A stretch of 64,000 bases of DNA. Source: Candidatus Eiseniibacteriota bacterium (lineage in GTDB: Bacteria > Eisenbacteria > RBG-16-71-46 > SZUA-252). Shown here piece by piece: positions 47,202 through 57,244 of this stretch. Within the stretch, counting starts at the first letter, position 1, and each line of letters starts with the position of its first letter. Position numbers and translations under genes: made by a program. The DNA lies in the NCBI GenBank assembly GCA_005893305.1, contig VBOZ01000033.1, forward strand, positions 79,058 through 143,057, given 5' to 3'. The notes beneath the pieces were generated by a model. The model ran no database searches and was not told the DNA's origin. It worked only from the letters and a program-made list of their open reading frames with translations.

Positions 47202-48381
47202 AATGCTCGCGGTGTTCCGGAAAGAGGTGATCGACACGCTCAGGGACGGGCGGTCGATCTTCGCGATATTCGTCTTCCCGTTTCTTCTCTACCCGGCGAT
47301 GCTCTTCTTCATCTCCTGGATGCACATGAAAGAGGGCGAGGAGGCGAAGGCCCTCGAGGTGCGCGTGGGCGTGGTCGGTGGGGCCACGCTGCCGTTCCTC
47401 GCCGACAGCCTCGCGGCGATGCCCGGCGTGACCGCGGTGCCGCTCGAAGCGGCGCCCGCCTCGATGGATGACGCCCACGTGAACGCGGTGCTGGTCGTGC
47501 CCGCCGGGATTCTCGGGTCGATCGCGCGGGGGGACAGCGCGCGGGTCGAGCTTCTGTACAAGGAGGCGGACAACAAGTCGTCCGCGGCAGCCGCGCGGAT
47601 CGAGCGGATCCTGGACCCGGTACGCCAAGCGCTCACTGTCTCGTGGGCGCAGAGCCACGGCGCGCATACCGACACGCCGCCGCTGTTGGTCGTCGAGAAG
47701 AAGGACGTCTCTCTCAAGAGCGAGATGGGCCGCTACATCGCCGCGCTCCTCATTCCGTACCTCCTCATGGTCATGATGGCGGCCGGCTCGATGCAGACGG
47801 CGATCGACGCGACGACCGGCGAGAAGGAGCGGAGTACGCTCGAGACCCTGCTTGCGACCTCGGCCTCGCGCGCCGAGCTCCTGCTGGGGAAGTGCGCCGC
47901 CGTGATCGCCGCGGCCGTGACGGGCGCGGTCACCGGTATCACCGGGCTCTGGTTCACGTTCGCGGTCGTCGCGAAGGCGTTCCCGGCCATGGGGACCAGC
48001 GAGCTCGAGCTCTCGATCGGGCCCGACAAGCTGATCCTGATCTTCCTGACCCTGCTGCCGACGGCCGTCTTCCTGAGCGCGGTCCTGGTCGCGATAGGCT
48101 GCTTCGCGCGGAGCATGCGGGAGGGCCAGACCTATGCGTCGTACGTCTACATGGTCGCCATCTTCATGGGACTGGGAAGCCTTGGCCAGCAGACGCCTTC
48201 GATGTCTCGATTCTTCATCCCGTTTCTGAATACGGCCCTTCTCCAGCGCGAGATACTCACCAATTCCGTGCAGCTGCTACATGCCGTCGCGGCCGTGGGC
48301 GTGACGACGGCCGCGGCCGCGGTCATGCTCACGATCGCGGTCCGACTATTCTCGAACGAAGCCGTCCTCTTCCGGACCTGA
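47191..48381 (+). CDS. ABC exporter permease (NatB-like)
   Basis: KEVIDTLRD, AIDATTGEKERSTLETLL, LLGK. Confidence 0.9.
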   Translation: MSGKMLAVFRKEVIDTLRDGRSIFAIFVFPFLLYPAMLFFISWMHMKEGEEAKALEVRVGVVGGATLPFLADSLAAMPGVTAVPLEAAPASMDDAHVNAVLVVPAGILGSIARGDSARVELLYKEADNKSSAAAARIERILDPVRQALTVSWAQSHGAHTDTPPLLVVEKKDVSLKSEMGRYIAALLIPYLLMVMMAAGSMQTAIDATTGEKERSTLETLLATSASRAELLLGKCAAVIAAAVTGAVTGITGLWFTFAVVAKAFPAMGTSELELSIGPDKLILIFLTLLPTAVFLSAVLVAIGCFARSMREGQTYASYVYMVAIFMGLGSLGQQTPSMSRFFIPFLNTALLQREILTNSVQLLHAVAAVGVTTAAAAVMLTIAVRLFSNEAVLFRT

Positions 48382-48423
48382 GGACGAAAAGCCGGGGCCG
48401 ATGGGCGCCCGACCGGAGGAACC

Positions 48424-49659
48424 ATGAAGAGCGACGTCGACAGACTTCTCGAAGAGCGCGGGCTCTCGGCCGCGATCATCCTGCGCGGCGAGACCCCGAA
48501 CCCGACGTTCCGCTACCTCGCCGGGCCCGCGGCCGCCCACATCAGCGCGGCGATTCTCGTCTGGCGCCCGGGCCAGCGGCCGCACTTGGTGCACGCCGCG
48601 ATGGAGCGGGACAGCGCCGCCGCGACTGGATTCGAGCTGAGCGAATATGGGTCGCACGGCTATCGGAAGATTCTCGAAGACGAAGGATCGCGGGAGCGCG
48701 CCAACGCCCGGCTTCTGGTCAAGGTGCTTGGGGAGCTGGGGGTGAAGGGCCCCGTTCTGATTCACGGCTACGGCGAGGTCGGCCGGAACTACCACGTCTT
48801 GAATCGCCTCCGGGAATGGGCGCCGGGGATCGAGATCGCCGAGGACGAGGATCTCGGCCTCTTCGACCGGGCTCGGCTCAGCAAGGAGCCGGACGAGGTC
48901 GACGCGGTCCGGACGGTCGCGGGAGCTTGTGGAAGGGCCTACGAGCGGATCCGCAAGGTCATCGGCCGCGGCCGTCTCGAGGGAAAGCGGCTCAAGGATT
49001 CCGAAGGGTGGGTCACCATCGGCAGGCTGCGACGTGAGGTGAGGAAGGTGTTCTTCGACGCCGACCTCGAGGAGCCGCACGGGAACATCATCGCGATGGG
49101 GCGGGACGCGGGCGTCCCCCACAACGTGGGGAACGACAGCGATGTGATCGAGGAGGGGCGACCGATCGTGGTCGACCTCTACCCGGTCCAGTCGGGCGGA
49201 GGCTACTACTTCGACGTGACCCGCACGCTCTGCGTCGGGCGCGCGCCGGCCGAGCTCAAGGAGCTCCACGCGCTCGTGCGCGAGGCCGTCGAGCGGACGG
49301 TCAACTCGCTGGCGACGGAGACCCCCGCGCGCATGTACCAGGAGAAGGTCTGCGATCTCTTCGAGCAGCGCGGACACAAGACGATCCGACAGGACGAGCG
49401 GCTTCAAGAGGGCTACATCCACGGCCTGGGGCACGGGATCGGCCTCGAGGTCCACGAGCGGCCGCACCTGGGCGGCCCGTCCCAGAATCGCGACCGCATC
49501 GCGCCGGGCTCGCTCTTCACCGTGGAGCCGGGTCTCTATTACCCCTCGCGCAACCTGGGCGTTCGGATCGAGGATGTGGTCTACGCTCGCCCGGACGGAT
49601 CCTTCCAGAACCTGACCCAGATTCCCTACGAGCTCGAGGTCGCGCCCGCGTCCTCCTGA
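48424..49659 (+). CDS. M24 (Xaa-Pro aminopeptidase) family peptidase
   Basis: YFDVTRT, HGLGHGIGLEVHE, TVEPGLY, GVRIED. Confidence 0.92.
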   Translation: MKSDVDRLLEERGLSAAIILRGETPNPTFRYLAGPAAAHISAAILVWRPGQRPHLVHAAMERDSAAATGFELSEYGSHGYRKILEDEGSRERANARLLVKVLGELGVKGPVLIHGYGEVGRNYHVLNRLREWAPGIEIAEDEDLGLFDRARLSKEPDEVDAVRTVAGACGRAYERIRKVIGRGRLEGKRLKDSEGWVTIGRLRREVRKVFFDADLEEPHGNIIAMGRDAGVPHNVGNDSDVIEEGRPIVVDLYPVQSGGGYYFDVTRTLCVGRAPAELKELHALVREAVERTVNSLATETPARMYQEKVCDLFEQRGHKTIRQDERLQEGYIHGLGHGIGLEVHERPHLGGPSQNRDRIAPGSLFTVEPGLYYPSRNLGVRIEDVVYARPDGSFQNLTQIPYELEVAPASS

Positions 49660-49693
49660 TGACGCGCATGACGCCCGCCCGGGAGCGAGCCCG

Positions 49694-50833
49694 ATGAGCC
49701 GCGTTGCCGCGTCGACCCGCCGCCGCCGCGAGCGGGCAATCCTCGCGGGCCGGGCTCCCGCGCGCTTTGCCAACGGGGCCGACCCCTTCACCGAGCTTCG
49801 CCTCCTCGCGGAAACCGCGGGGGCCGAGGTGCTGGGCGAGGTCCTCCAGCGGCGCGCCTCCGTCCGCTCTTCGACGTTTCTGAGCAAGGGCAAGATCGAG
49901 GAGGTTCGTTTGCTATCCGAGGAGCAGGACGCCACCCTCTTGCTCATGGACGACGACCTCTCGCCCGCGCAGAGCCGCAATCTCGAGGAGGAACTGGATC
50001 TGCGCGTCGTGGACCGGAGCGGTCTCATCCTCGACATCTTCGCGCGGCGGGCACGGACGCGGGAGGCGCGGCTTCAGGTCGAGCTGGCGCAGCTCGAGTA
50101 CGTTTTGCCGCGGCTGACCCGCATGTGGGAGCACCTCTCGCGTCTCGGAGGCGGAATCGGCACGAGGGGGCCCGGCGAGACCCAGCTCGAAGTCGACCGC
50201 CGGCGGATCCGCGAGCGGATCGCGAAGCTCAAGCGGGAGCTGGAGGGCGTGGTGCGCGAGCGGCGCGTCCAGCGGAAGGGGCGCCTGGGCTGCTACAAGG
50301 TCTCGCTGGTCGGCTACACCAACGCCGGGAAATCGACCCTCTTCAACGCCCTCACGCGGGCGCGCGTCTTCGTGGAGGACCAGCTCTTCGCGACCCTCGA
50401 CCCGACGACGCGCGTCTATGCCACGAGCGGGCGCACGCGCGCGCTGCTCACCGACACCGTGGGATTCATCCGGAAGCTCCCGGCGCATTTGGTCGCCTCG
50501 TTCCGCGCGACCCTCGAGGAGGTGACCGAGGCCGATCTCCTCCTTCACGTGGTCGATGCCGCCGAGCCGAGCCCGCAGGTCCACATCGACGCGGTCGAAT
50601 CGGTCCTGGAAGAGATCGGCGCGCTGGGCCGGCCGCGCCTCCTCGTGTTCAACAAGATCGACGCGCTGGCCGACGAGGTCGGCCTCATCGGCCTGCGCGC
50701 GCAGCATCCCGGCGCGGTCTTCGTCTCCGCGGTGACGCGGGAAGGGATTCCGGAGCTGCGCGAGGAGTCGATTCGGAGGCTCCGCGCGGAGGACGGCTCT
50801 CTCAGGCAGCAGGAATCGCCGAACGGGGAGTGA
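49694..50833 (+). CDS. hflX: Ribosome-splitting GTPase HflX
   Basis: LILDIFARRA, GPGETQLE, GYTNAGKST, LFATLDPT, DTVGFI, NKID. Confidence 0.96.
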   Translation: MSRVAASTRRRRERAILAGRAPARFANGADPFTELRLLAETAGAEVLGEVLQRRASVRSSTFLSKGKIEEVRLLSEEQDATLLLMDDDLSPAQSRNLEEELDLRVVDRSGLILDIFARRARTREARLQVELAQLEYVLPRLTRMWEHLSRLGGGIGTRGPGETQLEVDRRRIRERIAKLKRELEGVVRERRVQRKGRLGCYKVSLVGYTNAGKSTLFNALTRARVFVEDQLFATLDPTTRVYATSGRTRALLTDTVGFIRKLPAHLVASFRATLEEVTEADLLLHVVDAAEPSPQVHIDAVESVLEEIGALGRPRLLVFNKIDALADEVGLIGLRAQHPGAVFVSAVTREGIPELREESIRRLRAEDGSLRQQESPNGE

Positions 50834-52059
50834 TGGATCGGGATCGGATCGCCCGGATTCAGGAGGCGCTCCGGGAGGAGGGGCTCCTCGGCTGGCTCCT
50901 CTTCGATTTCCACGGCGTGAACCCGATCGCGCGGTCCGTCCTCGAAATGGCGGACGGGCCGACGGCCCCCAAGACCACGCGGCGTTGGTTTTATTTGGTC
51001 CCCGCGCGCGGCGAGCCTCAAAGGGTGGTCCACCGCCTGGAGCCGCGCTCCCTCGATCATCTCCCCGGCGAGTCCCGGATCTACCTCACGTGGCAGGAGC
51101 TGGATCGCGCGCTTGCCGACGTCATCGGGCGGCTCCTCGCGTCCGGCAGCTCGGGCCCCGCGGGCGCCAAGATCGCAATGGAGTACTCGCCGCTCGCGCG
51201 GCTCCCCTACGTCTCGCGGGTCGACGCCGGGACGGTCGAGCTGGTGCGGGGAGCGGGAGCCGAGGTCGTCTCCTCCGCCGACTTGGCGCAGCGCTTCGGC
51301 GGAGTGCTTCCGCCGGCAGCGCGGGAGGATCACCGTCGCACCGGGGCCATCTTGCACGGCGTCATCCAAGGCGCGCTCGAGCGGGCGCGGGAGCTCGCGC
51401 GCTCCGGCGCGCGGCTCACCGAGGTGTCGCTCCAGGCCTGGATCCAGGAACGATTCGCCGAGGCCGGCCTCGTCTCGAGTGACCCGCCCACGGTCGCCGT
51501 GAACGCGCACTCGGGCGACCCGCACTTCACGCCCGCGCCGGACCACGATGCCCCCATCGTCCCCGGCGATTTCATCCTCATCGACGCGTGGGCCAAGGCC
51601 GCGCGGGCAGGAGCCGTGTACGCCGACTACACGCAGGTGGCGTTCTTGGGCCCGTCGGCGCCCGAGCGGCATCGGGAGGTGTTCGCCGCAGTCCGCGACG
51701 CCCGCGACGCCGCGATCGCGGCGGTGGGTGACGCGCTCCGCGCCGGCCGCGCGATTCGCGGCTGCGACGTGGACGACGCGGCCCGCGGCGTGATCCGCGA
51801 GCGGGGCTTCGGCGAGCGATTTGTGCACCGGACCGGGCATTCGATCGGAACGGAGGTGCACGCGAACGGAGTCCACCTGGACAACCTCGAGACACGGGAC
51901 GAACGCCGGCTCATCGAGGGAACGCTCGTGTCCGTGGAGCCGGGAGTCTACCTCGACGACTTCGGCGTCCGGAGCGAGGTGAACCTCCTGATCGACGGAG
52001 GGGAGGCCATCGTGACGACCCAGCCGATCCAGCGCGAGCTCCCCGCGCTCCTCCCGTAG
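50833..52059 (+). CDS. M24 family aminopeptidase P-like peptidase
   Basis: TGATG overlap with hflX; IDAWAK, YADYT, HRTGHSIG, SVEPGVY, GVRSE. Confidence 0.9.
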   Translation: MDRDRIARIQEALREEGLLGWLLFDFHGVNPIARSVLEMADGPTAPKTTRRWFYLVPARGEPQRVVHRLEPRSLDHLPGESRIYLTWQELDRALADVIGRLLASGSSGPAGAKIAMEYSPLARLPYVSRVDAGTVELVRGAGAEVVSSADLAQRFGGVLPPAAREDHRRTGAILHGVIQGALERARELARSGARLTEVSLQAWIQERFAEAGLVSSDPPTVAVNAHSGDPHFTPAPDHDAPIVPGDFILIDAWAKAARAGAVYADYTQVAFLGPSAPERHREVFAAVRDARDAAIAAVGDALRAGRAIRGCDVDDAARGVIRERGFGERFVHRTGHSIGTEVHANGVHLDNLETRDERRLIEGTLVSVEPGVYLDDFGVRSEVNLLIDGGEAIVTTQPIQRELPALLP

Positions 52060-52068
52060 CCGGCGATC

Positions 52069-52482
52069 ATGGCGACCGCGACGGTGCCGCTCCGCGAGAT
52101 CCGCTTCCGCACCTCCCGCTCCGGAGGTCCTGGCGGACAGAACGTGAACAAGGTGGAGACCAGGGTCGAGCTTTGGTGGGGCCTCGAGGAATCGCCGTCG
52201 TTCACGCCCGCGGAAAAGGTCCGCCTCCGCGCGTCGCTGGGCCGGCGCCTGGGCGCGGACGGTGGGGTCCGCGTCGTGAGCCAGAAATTCCGGAGCCAGT
52301 CCCGAAATCGCGAAGCCGCGGTGGAGCGGCTGCGCGAGCTGGTGGCCGACGCGCTCCGGCCCCGCAAGTCGAGGCGCGCGACGCGACCGACAGGGTCCTC
52401 CCGGGAAGCCCGGCTCGAAGCGAAGAAACGCCGGGCGGCCACGAAGCGACTCCGAATCAGGGGGCCTCACTTCGACGGCTGA
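52069..52482 (+). CDS. arfB: Alternative ribosome rescue factor ArfB (YaeJ)
   Basis: RSGGPGGQNVNKVET, RSQSRNR, basic tail RRATRPT. Confidence 0.95.
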   Translation: MATATVPLREIRFRTSRSGGPGGQNVNKVETRVELWWGLEESPSFTPAEKVRLRASLGRRLGADGGVRVVSQKFRSQSRNREAAVERLRELVADALRPRKSRRATRPTGSSREARLEAKKRRAATKRLRIRGPHFDG

Positions 52483-52582
52483 GAAGCCGGGTCCGACCGA
52501 TCGCTCCATGCAAGTGATTTACTGGTAATCAGTTATAGCGCGAGCCCACTCTCCGCGTCTCCGCCAACCTCCCAGAATCCCC

Positions 52583-52610
52583 TCAATAAGATCGCCCCAG
52601 AAGTCGATAT
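52583..52610 (+). promoter_or_regulatory. Sigma-28-like promoter
   Basis: TCAAT-N16-TCGATAT, followed by a GC-rich hairpin (about 52618-52656). Confidence 0.5.
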
Positions 52611-52712
52611 GTAACGGGGACTAACGGTCGCCGGTGCGCGGGGGCCGTTTAGTTCCGCCGCCTGCTCCAGAACCGGAATTCAGACCGCGGCACCCGGAGA
52701 GAGATCCGTCCG

Positions 52713-54434
52713 ATGAAATCGTTTCCGATCAAGCCCGGGCCAGCGGTAATCGCGGTTTCCGCGCTGGCGCTCGTCGCCCTCGCCGTCGCGATCCCCATCG
52801 TCTGGAAGCCAGCGGCGTTTCGTCCCGCCGGCACCGACGGCTCCACCCCGCCCGGTGCGCACGGCACCGCGCGGCCGCCCGAGCCGAAACCAGGGCCGAC
52901 GGTATTCCGATTCTTCCAGGAGAACCCGACGAACCTCGACGCGGCGCTGGCATCGGACGCGTACTCGTCGACGGTCATCGCACAGATCTACAGCCCCCTC
53001 GTGGGCCTCACCTCGAGCCTCGAGCCGACGCCCCAAGCGGCGGACAGCTGGACGATCTCGCGCGACGGCCTGACCTATGTTTTTCACATCCGCGAAGGCG
53101 TGCGCTTCCACAACGGGCGCGCCGTGACCGCCGGCGATTTCGCCTTCAGCCTCACGCGCGTGTTCACCGAGCCCTTTCTCTCGGAAGGCCTCGCGGCCGG
53201 ATACTTGGACGCGATCGAGGGCGTGCCGGAGTTCATCGGGGGGAAGGCGAAGGCGGTGCGGGGCATCCAGGTTCTCGACGACCGCCGACTCCGGATCCAC
53301 TTGAGCCGGCCGTACCGTCCGCTCTTGACCGCGCTGGCGCTCGATCAGACCTCGGCCGTGCCCCGCGAGGTGCTGGAGGCGCGCGGCAAGCAGGCCCTTG
53401 AAGTCACGCCCGTGGGCTGCGGCCCGTTCCGCTTCGTGCGCCGCGAGGGGGCTCAGGGCGTCGTGCTCGCCGCGAACCCCGACTACTTCATGGGACGCCC
53501 CGCCATCGACACCCTGATCTTCCACGCGCCGCAGGGCGACGTGACCTCGCTGGGAGCCGACGCGCTCCTCGACGGGCGGGCGACGCTGAGCGCCCTTCCC
53601 GCCGATCGGATCGAGGAATTTCGCGCGCGCCGCGGCATCACGATGCTCCGGTGGCAGGATCTGAGCCTCGCCTTCCTCGGCATGAACGCGACCATCAAGC
53701 CGCTCGACGACCCGCGTGTCCGCCGCGCGATCGCGCTCGCGGTCGACCGTCAGGCCATGCTCGACCTCCAGCCCGAGGGGAAGACACTCGCGCAGGGGAT
53801 TCTCCCTCCCGGCCTTCCCGGGTACACGCCGATCCAGAAGACCTATCCGCACGATGTCGCGCGGGCCCGCGCGTTGCTGACCGAGGCCGGATTTGGTCCG
53901 GAAAACCCGCTGCCGAAGCTCCGGCTCTACCGTCGGAGCACGACCAACGCCAAGACCCTTCAGGTCGATTCGCTCATGGTCCGCTCGCTTGCCGCGGCCG
54001 GCATCCCCGTGGAAACCCGCTACGTGACGTGGGCGGTCCTCGACCGCCTCATCACCGCGCGAAAAGCCCCGATGTTCGCGCTGTCCTGGGTGGCCGACAT
54101 CCCCGACCCCGATACGTTCCTTCGGGCGCTCTTTTACTCGTCCAGCGGAACGAACTACTTCCGCTACTCGAACTCGACGGTCGACTCGCTCCTGGACGTG
54201 GCGCGAGGCGCGGACGATCCCACCCTGCGCCAGAGCGCCTACGAGCACGCCGAGGAGCTGATTCTTCGCGAGGCCCCCTTCGTCCCGCTTCACAACCCGG
54301 CCAGCTTCATCGGCCTGCGCGACGAGGTCGTGGGACTGGAAATGAACCCGTTGGGAATCTCCACGCTGGCCATGGAGAAGCTCCGCTTCGCGGGGCCGAG
54401 GCACGATGAGGAACGGCGAAGCGCCGGTCGCTGA
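52713..54434 (+). CDS. Family-5 (Opp/Dpp-like) solute-binding protein
   Basis: N-terminal anchor; SWTISRDGLTYVFHIREGVRFHNG, PVGCGPF, DDPRVRRAIALAVDR. Confidence 0.9.
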   Translation: MKSFPIKPGPAVIAVSALALVALAVAIPIVWKPAAFRPAGTDGSTPPGAHGTARPPEPKPGPTVFRFFQENPTNLDAALASDAYSSTVIAQIYSPLVGLTSSLEPTPQAADSWTISRDGLTYVFHIREGVRFHNGRAVTAGDFAFSLTRVFTEPFLSEGLAAGYLDAIEGVPEFIGGKAKAVRGIQVLDDRRLRIHLSRPYRPLLTALALDQTSAVPREVLEARGKQALEVTPVGCGPFRFVRREGAQGVVLAANPDYFMGRPAIDTLIFHAPQGDVTSLGADALLDGRATLSALPADRIEEFRARRGITMLRWQDLSLAFLGMNATIKPLDDPRVRRAIALAVDRQAMLDLQPEGKTLAQGILPPGLPGYTPIQKTYPHDVARARALLTEAGFGPENPLPKLRLYRRSTTNAKTLQVDSLMVRSLAAAGIPVETRYVTWAVLDRLITARKAPMFALSWVADIPDPDTFLRALFYSSSGTNYFRYSNSTVDSLLDVARGADDPTLRQSAYEHAEELILREAPFVPLHNPASFIGLRDEVVGLEMNPLGISTLAMEKLRFAGPRHDEERRSAGR

Positions 54435-56781
54435 CGGTCCGCGGCGGCCCCGCGCCGGCCTTCAGGCCCGTATCTTCATCACCTTCGGGGTGATCGTGGT
54501 CGGGCTCGTCTCGGCCGCCGTCACCTTCTTCGTGCGGAGCGAGACGGACTCGCTCCTCCGCGAGACCCGGAAGCGCGGCTTCGCGGTGGCGCGCAGCATC
54601 GCGTGGCTCTCCACGCCCTCGCTTCTCTCCTACAACTACATCGCGCTGAACCAGGCGGCCAGCCGCTCCCAGGCCGGCAGCGAGATCGCCTACGTCGTGA
54701 TCTATGACAAGGAAGGCCAGATCGCCGCCGACAGCCGCTCCCAGAATTCCTTCGGTCAGCCCCCGCGCGACGCGGCCGACTTCACGGCGCAGGCCGTGCG
54801 CGAGGAGCACTGGAGCTTCATCGAGCCGAACCGGCCCGGGGGCGGGCGAATCCTCGAGATTCTTCTCCCGGTCTACGTCGAGGGATACCAGGTCAAGTGG
54901 GGCACCGTGCGGGTCGGGATCTCCCTCGAGGGGCTCGATCGGGAGATCGCGGCGCTCACGCAGCATCTGATCATCGCCGGCCTCCTCGCGGCGATTCTCT
55001 GCCTCGTCGGCGCGCGCCTCGCGGCGCGAGGAATCACGCGCCCGATGGACCGGCTGGTGGCCGCCACGCGCGCGATCGCCCAGGGCGACTACTCCCAGCG
55101 TCTCCATCTCAAGAGCGGCGACGAGATCGAGACGCTCGCATGGCATTTCGACCGGATGGCCGACGAGGTGCAGCGCCAGCAGGCCGAGGCCCTGGCGAGC
55201 CGTGAAAACCTGGCGCGCCTGAACCAAGGCCTCGAAGCGGCCGTCCAGGCCCGGACGCACGCCCTGGCGGAGTCCGAGGGCAAGTACCGGATCCTCGTCG
55301 AGAGCGCGCCCCAGGGCATCCTCATCCTACAATCGGGGAAAGCGGTATTCGCGAATCCGGCGATCGAGCAGATGACCGGCCGCGCGGCCGCCGAGCTGCT
55401 CCGCGCCGGCTTCGACGCGGTGACCCTCTTCGCCGGGGAGTCGGTTCCGGCGATTCTGGAAGCCTTCGCGACCCCCGAGCATCCTCGCACGCAGCTCGCG
55501 GCGGAGGTGCTCCACGCATCGGGTCGCCGGATCTTCGTCGAGATGCAGATCGCTCCCCTCGTCTTCCAGAACGCGCCCGCGACGATGATCTTGCTCTCCG
55601 ACGTGACGGCGCTCCGCGACCTTCAAGAGCGGCTCACCCGGGGCGAGAAGCTCCGCGCCCTCGGCGAGCTGGCGGCGGGCGTGGCCCACGACTTCAACAA
55701 CAACCTCGGCATCATTCTCGGCCGGGCGCAGCTCCTCCTCATGCGGGCCACCGATCCGGAGACGGCGGCCGGTCTCCAGGTCGTTCGCCAGGCCGCGATG
55801 GACGCCGGCGAAGCGGTCCGGCGGATCCAGCAATTCAGCCGCGTCCGCGAGGACCGGGCCCAAGAGGTGATCGATCTGCCGGCGCTCGCCGAGGAGGTCG
55901 TGGAGATCACGCGCGGCAAGTGGAAGAACGAGAGCGAGCGTCGCGGCGTCAAGGTCGAGACGAAGATCGAAGTCGAGGATCCGCGCCCGATTCTCGGGTC
56001 GCGCGCGGAGATCCGCGAGGCGCTCACGAATCTCATCTTCAATTCGGTCGACGCGCTCCCGAAGGGTGGGACGATCACGATCCGCTGCCGCTCGGAAGAG
56101 CGGTTCGCGATCCTGGAGGTCGCCGACAACGGCGTGGGCATGACCGAGGAGATACGGGGCAGGATGTTCGAGCCCTTCTTCACCACGAAGGGAGTCTCCG
56201 GAAACGGGCTCGGACTCTCCATGGTCTACGGGATCGTGTCGCGGCACCGCGGCACGGTGGAGGTCGACACGATCCCGGACGCAGGTACGGTCGTCCGGAT
56301 GCGCTTCCCTGCAACCGACCGGGAGAAGAACGCGCAGCCGGGACGCCAGATGGTCCGCGCGCCGTTCCAGGCCCGGATCCTCGTGGTGGACGATGAGCCC
56401 GAGATCCTGCGCGTCCTCCGCGATGCTCTGGAGGAGAGTGGCCACGTCGTGGAGACCGCCTCCTCTGGCACCGAGGGGATCGAGCGGTTCCGCGGCGCCA
56501 CGTTCGACGCGGTCCTCTCCGACATCGGCATGCCGGACTTAAGCGGCTGGGACGTGGCGCGCACCGTGCGCCGGGAGGGTTCACCGGGCCTGATCCTTGG
56601 GCTGGTCACGGGCTGGGGGGCCACGATCAGCGAGGAGATGGTGACCGAGCACGGCGTGAATTTCGTGGTCGCGAAGCCCTTCGACGTAGAGGATCTGATC
56701 TCGAAGGTGAATCAGGCCATCAACGGCGGACCGGTCACGCTACCTCGAGCCGCTTCACCCACCTCATATCGCCCGACTTGA
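54406..56781 (+). CDS. Hybrid sensor histidine kinase (2 TM, periplasmic domain, HAMP, PAS, HisKA, HATPase, REC)
   Basis: GVAHDFNN, NLIFNSVDA, DNGVGM, PFFTTK, GLGLS; REC LVVDDE, SDIGMP, KPF. Confidence 0.93.
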   Translation: MRNGEAPVADGPRRPRAGLQARIFITFGVIVVGLVSAAVTFFVRSETDSLLRETRKRGFAVARSIAWLSTPSLLSYNYIALNQAASRSQAGSEIAYVVIYDKEGQIAADSRSQNSFGQPPRDAADFTAQAVREEHWSFIEPNRPGGGRILEILLPVYVEGYQVKWGTVRVGISLEGLDREIAALTQHLIIAGLLAAILCLVGARLAARGITRPMDRLVAATRAIAQGDYSQRLHLKSGDEIETLAWHFDRMADEVQRQQAEALASRENLARLNQGLEAAVQARTHALAESEGKYRILVESAPQGILILQSGKAVFANPAIEQMTGRAAAELLRAGFDAVTLFAGESVPAILEAFATPEHPRTQLAAEVLHASGRRIFVEMQIAPLVFQNAPATMILLSDVTALRDLQERLTRGEKLRALGELAAGVAHDFNNNLGIILGRAQLLLMRATDPETAAGLQVVRQAAMDAGEAVRRIQQFSRVREDRAQEVIDLPALAEEVVEITRGKWKNESERRGVKVETKIEVEDPRPILGSRAEIREALTNLIFNSVDALPKGGTITIRCRSEERFAILEVADNGVGMTEEIRGRMFEPFFTTKGVSGNGLGLSMVYGIVSRHRGTVEVDTIPDAGTVVRMRFPATDREKNAQPGRQMVRAPFQARILVVDDEPEILRVLRDALEESGHVVETASSGTEGIERFRGATFDAVLSDIGMPDLSGWDVARTVRREGSPGLILGLVTGWGATISEEMVTEHGVNFVVAKPFDVEDLISKVNQAINGGPVTLPRAASPTSYRPT

Positions 56782-57244
56782 GCCGTCGCTCGCGGTAGCC
56801 GACCGCCTCGAGAAACCGCTCTCCGTCGTCATAGCCCGCGGGCACATCGGCCGCGATCGACGTCGCGCCGTGTTCCTCCACGAGAAATCCCTCGAGCAGC
56901 TCGAGCGCGGCGCGGCCGTAGCCGCGGCCCCGCTCCGCCTGCGACAGCACGAGCCCGCGCAGCACCGACGGAACCTCCGCGGAGCCGACCTCGACTTCCA
57001 GCGTTCCGATCAGGCTCTTGTTGTCCGTCCGGCGGACCGCGAAGTAGTACCGCGCGTCGTCGGTGATCGCGTCCTCGTACATCATCTCGATGTCCCCGGG
57101 GTCGAAGTCGGAGGAGCCGGTGAGGGCCTCGAAGTAATCGGGGGCGTCGAGGTAGACCTTCCAGATCGTGGGAAGGTGCTCCGGTCCGGGGACTTCCAGG
57201 TAAACCAATGGTCCGTCGATTCGGGTCGTCGTCGACGCGCTCAT
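56735..57244 (-). CDS. GNAT family N-acetyltransferase
   Basis: ERGRGYG acetyl-CoA motif, RFLEAVGY. Confidence 0.8.
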   Translation of the reverse strand: MSASTTTRIDGPLVYLEVPGPEHLPTIWKVYLDAPDYFEALTGSSDFDPGDIEMMYEDAITDDARYYFAVRRTDNKSLIGTLEVEVGSAEVPSVLRGLVLSQAERGRGYGRAALELLEGFLVEEHGATSIAADVPAGYDDGERFLEAVGYRERRLKSGDMRWVKRLEVA

